IMG/VR virus record: IMGVR_UViG_3300045988_057080
DNA from: a virus
Length of the DNA: 19,373 nt
Strand: one strand, 5' to 3'
Position 1 is the stretch's first letter, and the number at the start of each line of letters is the position of its first letter. The notes beneath the pieces were generated by a model. It did no database searches. It was not told the DNA's origin and was given only the letters and a program-made list of their open reading frames with translations. The position numbers and the translations under genes are program-made. Below, piece after piece: positions 13,723-19,373 of the stretch.

Positions 13723-15176
13723 GCACCATCTACGACAAAACCGACAACTACGCGCTTAACCTTTACGGCGACAGTGACCCCGCCGACCTGCGTGACGGGT
13801 ATAACGGTTCCATGCGCACCATCGATACGACTCTCGAAACGCATCTCGGTCGCATCGAAGCCGTGGAGTCGCGTGAAACGCACGACGAGGAAGTGGTCAA
13901 AGCGCTGATTGGGGATAACACGGTGGAGGACGCCACAACGGCGAAAAACAAGTGGGATAAAGCAGGTGCGGACGCCGCCGCCGCCACTACCGCGGCCACC
14001 GCCGCCGCAGGCAAGGCAGACAACAACAGCGCCATTCTCGCCGCGCTCGGCGCGGACACCGCCGCTCACGCCACCGACGCGAAAACCAAGTGGGATAAAG
14101 CGGGAGTGGACGCCACCACCGCAATCGGCAAAGCCGACTCGAACAAAACCATCCTCACCGCATTAGGGGCCGACACCACCGCGCACGCCACCGCAAATAA
14201 AACCAAGTGGGATAAAAACACGACGGACATTGCCACACTATCCACCTCCGTAGGGAATAATTCCTCGCAGATCGCAAGCATTCTCGAAAAACTGGGACAG
14301 TCTCAATATTCGGACGGATATTTGGTCACGTTTGGCGACTCGTACGCGGACAACACGCGCGAACGTACCTGGTCATACCAATTGTCCACCATGTTTCCGG
14401 AACTGCAGTGGAAAAACTATGCGAAGGCGGGCGCAGGTTTCAACGTGTCCGGTATTCCGACTTTCGCGCAGCAGGTGGCGAACTGCGTAGCCGATACCAG
14501 TGTGAACAAAGCTAAAGTCAAGGTTGCCGTATGCGCGGGCGGCCGTAACGACATCCTCGACCACGCCACCGCACTTCCGAAAGCACGTGAAGTCGTATTG
14601 GCAATGGAAGCCGCATTCCCGAACGCAATCATTGTGATTGCGCCAATGCTTTTCGACCACGCCGTACTTAACGATGCTGGAATGAAGAAATATTCTGGAC
14701 TGCTCAGTGGCGCGCTCAACGCCACGCCAGGCAACCGTCGAGTGGTAGTGGCGGATAGCGCCTATGTGTGGTGCAAAGGCGAAAACAGTTGGTTTCCGTC
14801 AACAGATATCCACCCTAACGAGACTGGCGCCAAGGTTATCGCAAAATACCTCTACACTGCGTGTCGAGACTGCTATCGCGGTAGACATGCGTACGCCATC
14901 TCCCCGTTTGGTGATATGTCGGTGGAGTTCACCCTGCAAAACGGCGTTATCACAGTGGATGGACAAGGGAATATTCCGTCGATCGGCGAAGGTAAGGGCG
15001 GAGAGCTGGCGAAATGGGCGTATCCACGTCACAATATTTGGACGTGGATAGTCACCGGCGGTTCCACCACCAAGCCGCGACTAGGCTTCATCCAGCCGGA
15101 TGGAAGCTGGGGGGTATACAATCCAACCACGGCCGACCAAGGACAGTCTAATTTTGTGGCATCATACGCCGCATAA
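13719..15176 (+). CDS. Tail appendage / receptor-binding protein with C-terminal SGNH (GDSL-type) esterase domain, 485 aa
   Basis: An N-terminal anchor module is followed by tandem KWDK repeats. The SGNH blocks are FGDSYADN (GDS at 14334-14342), GGRND (14538-14552) and DIHPN (DxxH, 14805-14813). It occupies the phi29 gp12 position. Confidence 0.8.
   Translation: MSTIYDKTDNYALNLYGDSDPADLRDGYNGSMRTIDTTLETHLGRIEAVESRETHDEEVVKALIGDNTVEDATTAKNKWDKAGADAAAATTAATAAAGKADNNSAILAALGADTAAHATDAKTKWDKAGVDATTAIGKADSNKTILTALGADTTAHATANKTKWDKNTTDIATLSTSVGNNSSQIASILEKLGQSQYSDGYLVTFGDSYADNTRERTWSYQLSTMFPELQWKNYAKAGAGFNVSGIPTFAQQVANCVADTSVNKAKVKVAVCAGGRNDILDHATALPKAREVVLAMEAAFPNAIIVIAPMLFDHAVLNDAGMKKYSGLLSGALNATPGNRRVVVADSAYVWCKGENSWFPSTDIHPNETGAKVIAKYLYTACRDCYRGRHAYAISPFGDMSVEFTLQNGVITVDGQGNIPSIGEGKGGELAKWAYPRHNIWTWIVTGGSTTKPRLGFIQPDGSWGVYNPTTADQGQSNFVASYAA
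13941..14222 (+). repeat. In-frame tandem repeat (2 full units plus 1 partial; periods 138 and 117 nt) inside the appendage gene
   Basis: AAGTGGGATAAA recurs at 13950, 14088 and 14205. The protein unit is A-K-(N/T)-KWDKAG(A/V)DA...GKAD(N/S)N..IL.ALGADT.AHAT. The first unit carries a 7-aa Ala/Thr insertion. Confidence 0.85.
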
Positions 15177-15218
15177 CGTCATCTGATATGTAATAGTCAT
15201 ATCCTTTATAATGGGGAT

Positions 15219-16430
15219 ATGGCTATTACTTTTTCTCAATGGGTCGATCAGACGAAAAACCGTTTTTGGGACATGGACGGCGCGTACGGGGCGCAATGCT
15301 GGGACTTGTGGGCAAAATACAGTATGGACATGTACGGCATGAGTATCCAGGATTGCATAACCCCCACCGGCTACGCGGGTGGACTGTATACCGCATACCC
15401 CGTGTCCGCGCGATGCGAACAAGTGTACGAACGCATTCCCGCCAACGGGTACTCGCCCGTGGCGGGCGACGTGGCAATATGGGGGTACGGTTCCTACACG
15501 CCATACACGCATGTCGCCATAGTCGCCGGTGATGGCGTGAAAGACGGGAACATCTACGTTATCACGCAAAACCCCGACGCCAGCGCCTTGAAATGGTTCC
15601 CCAACACCGGACTATTAGGCTACTTGCATCCCCGTACCATGCCGAAGCCGGACGCGGACAATCCGACCGGCAACAACAATCAGGGCAGCCCCGACACGTC
15701 ACGCGGGGGAGCGTGGATACATTGGCAGGGCGACAACCTCTACTTGCACGAGACCGACAATGCCGGGACGCGGACACGCATCTTTTACCGTACCACGGCC
15801 AATAATTTTTCGGAAAAAGCGTCGCAATCCCAGCCGTCCGACTCGCAAGGACAGGGGCACCCGTCCAGCTCGGTCAGTACGGAAAACCCGTACGCCCTAT
15901 ACGTGGTCGGTGCCGTGGAGTCCGGTTTGCGCTGGGATGCAGTCGAGGCCGCCAATCTGCAAGGCATCGGCATTGCGCAATGGAGTTTCGAGCGCCGCCT
16001 GCAAGTGCTCAACTCGATGAAAGACGCCGACCCCACCGGATATGAGGCATTCAAAACCGCCGCGCCTGAAATAGCCGCGCTCATGGAGTCGGGCGGCACG
16101 TTCAAACGTTCGCTCACCTCAGTGGAGGCGGACGCGTTCCGCACATGGGCGGCACGCAATGAGTCGCGTGACGGACAACGCAACCAGTTCGCGGAGGATT
16201 ACGCGGGCTATCCTAAAGAGTATGATGACACGAAAATGCAGATTCTTTGGGTGACGGCATATCACCAATCCCCCGCGAACGCTTTGAAGGTGCCGAAGGC
16301 ATCGAACCTCGCACAGCTCAAAAACAATATCCTAGCCACGTTCCCGTTCGGCCCGTACATGACACGATACAACCAGGCATATTCGTTGCTGAGTGTGTGG
16401 GATGGAAAATCTAATCCGCCCGCATTCTAA
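15219..16430 (+). CDS. Virion-associated peptidoglycan hydrolase (tail lysin): N-terminal CHAP plus C-terminal lysozyme/transglycosylase-like domain, 403 aa
   Basis: The CHAP signature is DMDGAYGAQCWDLW ... YTHVAIVAGD. The C-terminal half has VGAVESGLRWDAVE...GIGIAQWSFERR, which resembles phage tail-lysozyme-type domains as I recall them. It occupies the phi29 gp13 position, after the appendage gene. Confidence 0.8.
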   Translation: MAITFSQWVDQTKNRFWDMDGAYGAQCWDLWAKYSMDMYGMSIQDCITPTGYAGGLYTAYPVSARCEQVYERIPANGYSPVAGDVAIWGYGSYTPYTHVAIVAGDGVKDGNIYVITQNPDASALKWFPNTGLLGYLHPRTMPKPDADNPTGNNNQGSPDTSRGGAWIHWQGDNLYLHETDNAGTRTRIFYRTTANNFSEKASQSQPSDSQGQGHPSSSVSTENPYALYVVGAVESGLRWDAVEAANLQGIGIAQWSFERRLQVLNSMKDADPTGYEAFKTAAPEIAALMESGGTFKRSLTSVEADAFRTWAARNESRDGQRNQFAEDYAGYPKEYDDTKMQILWVTAYHQSPANALKVPKASNLAQLKNNILATFPFGPYMTRYNQAYSLLSVWDGKSNPPAF

Positions 16431-16434
16431 AGTG

Positions 16435-16443
16435 TGGTATACT
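16435..16443 (+). promoter_or_regulatory. Candidate extended -10 promoter TGgTATACT upstream of the packaging/lysis genes
   Basis: TGnTATACT located 5 nt after the tail-lysin stop, at the start of a 130-nt intergenic region. Confidence 0.35.
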
Positions 16444-16503
16444 TGATAGTGGCGGTGGTTATGTGATGACCTTTCCCTTGGACAGCCGCCAGATGATAGG
16501 TTG

Positions 16504-16539
16504 GTGGAGGGCGTGCGAGTCATGGCGCACGCCCTCCAC
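16504..16539 (+). other. 14-bp perfect GC-rich stem-loop in the leader of the packaging ATPase gene
   Basis: GTGGAGGGCGTGCG-agtcatgg-CGCACGCCCTCCAC, with all 14 pairs checked by hand. No U-tract follows. It ends 22 nt before the ATG at 16561. Confidence 0.8.
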
Positions 16540-16560
16540 TGGTTCAGGAGGTTTGCAGGC

Positions 16561-17628
16561 ATGACATTGCAGACGCTCGACGAGAGCGATTATTACGATC
16601 TGCATAATCTGTTGACGAGAAACGCCCCATGGAATTTCATAATCGGCGCACGCGGACTCGGCAAAACGTTCGCCGCCAAACGGTACGGAATCAAGGAATA
16701 TATCAAGCACGGCCACGAGTTCATCTATCTACGCCGCACCGATGTGGAACAGCACCGCAAGGAAACGTTCTTCAAGGATATTCAAGAGTTCTTCCCATCC
16801 TATGAATTTCGTATCAACGGGGAAAAAGGGCAATTGCATAAGACGTCATGGGATGAAAAGGACTGGCGGACATGCTGTTATTTCGTCGCCCTCTCGCAAG
16901 CGGGCGGATTGAAATCGGTAGCCTATCCTAAAGTGCACTTGATTATCTTCGATGAGATATTCCCAGACAATCTACGCTTCCTAAGCAATGAAGTAAACTC
17001 GTTCTCGGAATTTTACAATACTGTAGACCGTTGGCAGGATAGAACAAAAGTACTATTCCTATCTAACGCAGTACAAAAGGCCAACCCATATTTCGCCAAA
17101 TACCGACTCGACATTGGTTCCCAGCAAACCAACCAACAACAATACAAACTCTATTGCGGGGGCTTCGTGTGTCTCGAATTGGCCGACTATGGCGGTTTCT
17201 CGGCAAAAGTCGCACAATCCAAGTTCGGCAGATTCCTTGAACAGTACGACGGTGATTATGCCGACTATGCGATCAGAAACAAGTTCCGCGATGGATCGGA
17301 CACTTTGATAGCGCCAATTCCTAGCGATGGCGAGCTGTCATACGTGCTGGACACTACCGACTACGCGCAGTTTGGAATATGGGTTTCCGTATCCGAACGC
17401 GACGGACATGTTTCACAATATGTTTCACGACGCATCCCCAAAGAAAATAACCGGCCGACATACACGCTCGACCCGAACCACGTTGACGAAAAAACATGGT
17501 ACGTCAAAAAATCGGATGATATTATACACCGACTCACCACCGGCTACCGGCTCGGAAAAATCCGTTTCGACGATTCACAGGTCAAGGCCGATTTTGGGCT
17601 TATTATTGGAGAATTGCTAGGAAAATAG
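16561..17628 (+). CDS. DNA encapsidation (packaging) ATPase, phi29 gp16-like, 355 aa
   Basis: Walker A is IIGARGLGKTFAAK and Walker B is HLIIFDEIF. The ATG at 16561 is preceded by CAGGAGG. The track's 16501 start would translate the hairpin and is rejected. Confidence 0.9.
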   Translation: MTLQTLDESDYYDLHNLLTRNAPWNFIIGARGLGKTFAAKRYGIKEYIKHGHEFIYLRRTDVEQHRKETFFKDIQEFFPSYEFRINGEKGQLHKTSWDEKDWRTCCYFVALSQAGGLKSVAYPKVHLIIFDEIFPDNLRFLSNEVNSFSEFYNTVDRWQDRTKVLFLSNAVQKANPYFAKYRLDIGSQQTNQQQYKLYCGGFVCLELADYGGFSAKVAQSKFGRFLEQYDGDYADYAIRNKFRDGSDTLIAPIPSDGELSYVLDTTDYAQFGIWVSVSERDGHVSQYVSRRIPKENNRPTYTLDPNHVDEKTWYVKKSDDIIHRLTTGYRLGKIRFDDSQVKADFGLIIGELLGK

Positions 17629-17640
17629 AAAGGACAATAC

Positions 17641-18012
17641 ATGACAATGACGACAACGGACGTATGGTGTGTGTTTGCGATAGTCTTCTTCATCATTGTG
17701 GACTATGTGACCGGTATTGCAAGAGCAATACTCAACAACACGTTGAGTTCACAGAAAATGCGACAAGGCTTATGGCACAAGTTCGCCTACCTCACGCTGA
17801 CACTAGTAGCCTATTTCGTAGACATGATCAACCTGCACGTAGATCTCGGACTGCCGGTCAGCGTGTTCGTCTGCACGGTCGGCGGCATCAGCCTCATCGA
17901 ACTCACCTCAATCCTGGAAAACATCACCGCCATCAACCCCGAATTGGCGGACGCACCATTCATGAACGTGTTCGCGCAAAACAACACCCCCAAACATAGG
18001 AAGGAAAACTGA
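17641..18012 (+). CDS. Holin (Phage_holin_4_1-like, three predicted TM segments), 123 aa
   Basis: The IIVDYVTGIARAIL...SSQKMRQGLWHKF pattern matches the DY(I/V)TG holin family as I recall it. There are three hydrophobic segments. It lies directly upstream of the endolysin gene. Confidence 0.85.
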   Translation: MTMTTTDVWCVFAIVFFIIVDYVTGIARAILNNTLSSQKMRQGLWHKFAYLTLTLVAYFVDMINLHVDLGLPVSVFVCTVGGISLIELTSILENITAINPELADAPFMNVFAQNNTPKHRKEN

Positions 18013-18013
18013 C

Positions 18014-18691
18014 ATGAATATCCAGGAATGGATGAACAACGTTAACGGCAAAATCATCGACATGGACGGCGCATACGGCGGGCAATGCTGGGACCTATGG
18101 AGCAACTACGCCCGCAACGTATACGGCATTCCAGCCGCCGACACCAACACCGTAGACGGATACGCCGCAAGCGTCTACACCGCACGATACGACCGCTCCA
18201 AAGCATTGCAAAACACGTTCATCCGCGAAGCAGACAACTACACGCCGGTCTACGGTGACGTGGCATTCTGGAACGGCAACGGCATGAACCACGTAGCCAT
18301 CGTAGTACGAGACAACGGCAACGGCACCCTGGAAACCATGTCGCAAAACCCAAACAAAGCCGGATACGTGACCCTCACCAAGAACGGCATCATCGGTTAC
18401 TTCCACCCACGTTCAACAAGCGCCACAGCGCCAGCACCGGCAAACAATAACGCAACCATCATTCCAGGAACCTACAAAGTCAACGTAGACGTGCTCAACG
18501 TACGCTCAGCGCCGTCAACCTCAGCACAAGTCGTAGCCCAATACCACTACGGACAGACCGTCAACCTATCCGAAGGAGGCGTGATCGCAGACGGATACAT
18601 TTGGGCACACTACGTAGGCTATTCAGGCAAAACCCGATACGTCGCACTCGCACCAGCAAACAAGTCAATGTGGTATCTCGTATCCGCCTGA
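18014..18691 (+). CDS. Endolysin: N-terminal CHAP amidase/peptidase plus C-terminal SH3b-type cell-wall-binding domain, 225 aa
   Basis: The CHAP signature is DMDGAYGGQCWDLW ... NHVAIVV. The SH3-like segment is YKVNVDVLNVRSAPSTSAQVVAQYHYGQTV...DGYIWAHYVGYSGKTRYVAL. Confidence 0.9.
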   Translation: MNIQEWMNNVNGKIIDMDGAYGGQCWDLWSNYARNVYGIPAADTNTVDGYAASVYTARYDRSKALQNTFIREADNYTPVYGDVAFWNGNGMNHVAIVVRDNGNGTLETMSQNPNKAGYVTLTKNGIIGYFHPRSTSATAPAPANNNATIIPGTYKVNVDVLNVRSAPSTSAQVVAQYHYGQTVNLSEGGVIADGYIWAHYVGYSGKTRYVALAPANKSMWYLVSA

Positions 18692-18707
18692 TCTGACAGC
18701 ATAAAAT

Positions 18708-18736
18708 AAGCCCCTAGGTTAATAACCTAGGGGCTT
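18708..18736. terminator. Bidirectional rho-independent terminator between the convergent endolysin gene and the right-end gene
   Basis: 11-bp perfect stem AAGCCCCTAGG-ttaataa-CCTAGGGGCTT. TTT follows on the + strand and ATTTTAT follows on the - strand. Confidence 0.8.
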
Positions 18737-18741
18737 TACTA

Positions 18742-18987
18742 TTACCACGTCCGAGCAAACGTTTCCAAGTCTTCAGCAGAAAACAGAAGCAAATCGTCAT
18801 CCGTTTCATAAGGCAAAAGGAATTGATAGGAATCATACAAAGCTACCTCATAATCGTCAACGGCCTGATCGCGATCAATCGAACTCGTAACACCGTCCTT
18901 GACACCATGAAGCGTCACGGACGGGTCATCCCACAAAGTGGTCAGCAGTTCATTCTTTTCATTGATAGTCATATTTGAAACCATCAT
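18742..18987 (-). CDS. Highly acidic 81-aa protein, the only minus-strand gene, expressed from the right ITR
   Basis: The ATG lies immediately after the last ITR base and behind the ITR-borne SD. By hand count it has 18 D/E versus 4 K/R. Its T/G-ending codons match the left-end early genes. Confidence 0.7.
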   Translation of the reverse strand: MMVSNMTINEKNELLTTLWDDPSVTLHGVKDGVTSSIDRDQAVDDYEVALYDSYQFLLPYETDDDLLLFSAEDLETFARTW

Positions 18988-19330
18988 TTTATTTTTCCTT
19001 TCCCTTGAAGCGGATAACTACATCATAACACAAACAGGCGACACGCCGTAAAACAAAACAAGGCAAAAAAATAAAAAACAACCAACAGCCACGCAGCAAG
19101 CTACGGTTACGTTACCGTAACTTAGCCAAACATGGATCGTTGCATATACAACTATTGACACAGTGTCAATAAAAAAAACGACACGCCCGAAAATAAAAAA
19201 AATTGACAAGTGGACGTAAAAAAAATATAATAGAGGCATAAACAAAACAAAGAGACAGAACAGACACAGAACAAAAAAAAATAATACACAATAAAAAAAA
19301 AGCCACGAGGGAAAATCTTCACACAAACCC
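18988..19330. repeat. Right inverted terminal repeat (343 bp)
   Basis: Exact reverse complement of 44-386 (position p pairs with 19374-p). Confidence 0.95.
19022..19030 (-). promoter_or_regulatory. Mirror copy of the ITR extended -10 promoter, reading inward from the right end
   Basis: The reverse complement of 19022-19030 is TGTTATGAT. It lies upstream of the same SD and of the ATG at 18987. Confidence 0.4.
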
Positions 19331-19373
19331 CTGTCTCTTATACACATCTCCGAGCCCACGAGACCGATCAGTA
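19331..19373. other. Illumina Nextera/Tn5 library adapter remnant (non-biological), reverse complement of 1-43
   Basis: CTGTCTCTTATACACATCT-CCGAGCCCACGAGAC-CGATCAGT-A is the exact reverse complement of positions 1-43. Confidence 0.97.

Noticed and set aside
15185-15212. Hairpin GATATG-taatagt-CATATC plus TATAAT (15207-15212) as a terminator/promoter pair, with a possible leaderless start for the tail lysin
   Set aside because: The stem is only a 6-bp AT-rich one, the TATAAT has no TG extension or -35, and a GGGGA SD-like element lies between it and the ATG. The evidence is too weak to call.
16501-16560. Upstream start (16501) for the packaging ATPase given by the ORF track
   Set aside because: The extra 20 codons translate the two arms of the 14-bp hairpin. 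The ATG at 16561 has a proper CAGGAGG SD at the right distance.
44-19330. Search for tRNA genes, CRISPR repeats, integrase/recombinase, transposase, or toxin-antitoxin pairs
   Set aside because: By eye I found no cloverleaf-like sequence, no regularly spaced direct repeats with unique spacers, and no ORF with recombinase or transposase motifs. The genome looks strictly lytic and has no mobile-element insertion.

Overview
The window is essentially one complete linear genome (~19.29 kb, positions 44-19330) of a small phi29-like, protein-primed podophage. It is flanked at both contig ends by 43 nt of Illumina Nextera/Tn5 adapter (1-43 and 19331-19373), which is not biological. The phage sequence starts and ends with a perfect 343-bp inverted terminal repeat (ITR; 44-386 = reverse complement of 18988-19330). 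The ITR is extremely T-rich on the 5'-ended strand. All genes but one are on the + strand. From left to right there is a block of small early ORFs with T/G-ending codons (386-2846), then a replication module: putative SSB, putative terminal protein and a short family-B protein-primed DNA polymerase (2910-5883). This is followed by a strong terminator and a late module collinear with phi29 genes 7-12. That module holds a scaffold, a major capsid protein with C-terminal Ig-like domains, the tail knob, the portal/connector, the lower collar, and appendage genes including an SGNH esterase. Next come a CHAP + lysozyme-like tail lysin, the gp16-like packaging ATPase, a holin and a CHAP-SH3 endolysin. 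One very acidic 81-aa ORF is read inward from the right ITR on the - strand. I saw no tRNA, CRISPR array, integrase or transposase. The observations most worth follow-up are listed here. (1) A phase-correct A_AAA_AAC -1 frameshift candidate lies inside an appendage gene. (2) The polymerase has a shortened N-terminal domain in which the exonuclease motifs look degenerate. (3) The ITRs end exactly at two different start codons and appear to carry a shared promoter and Shine-Dalgarno sequence. (4) The strand composition skew is mirror-imaged at the two genome ends. (5) A 14-bp perfect GC-rich hairpin sits in the leader of the packaging ATPase, and there are two other unusually long non-coding stretches; these are possible sites for a packaging RNA or other structured RNA. 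(6) A 60-aa stand-alone copy of the appendage N-terminal anchor module is present. All functional calls rest on motif recognition and by-eye alignment to remembered phi29 proteins. No database search was possible.
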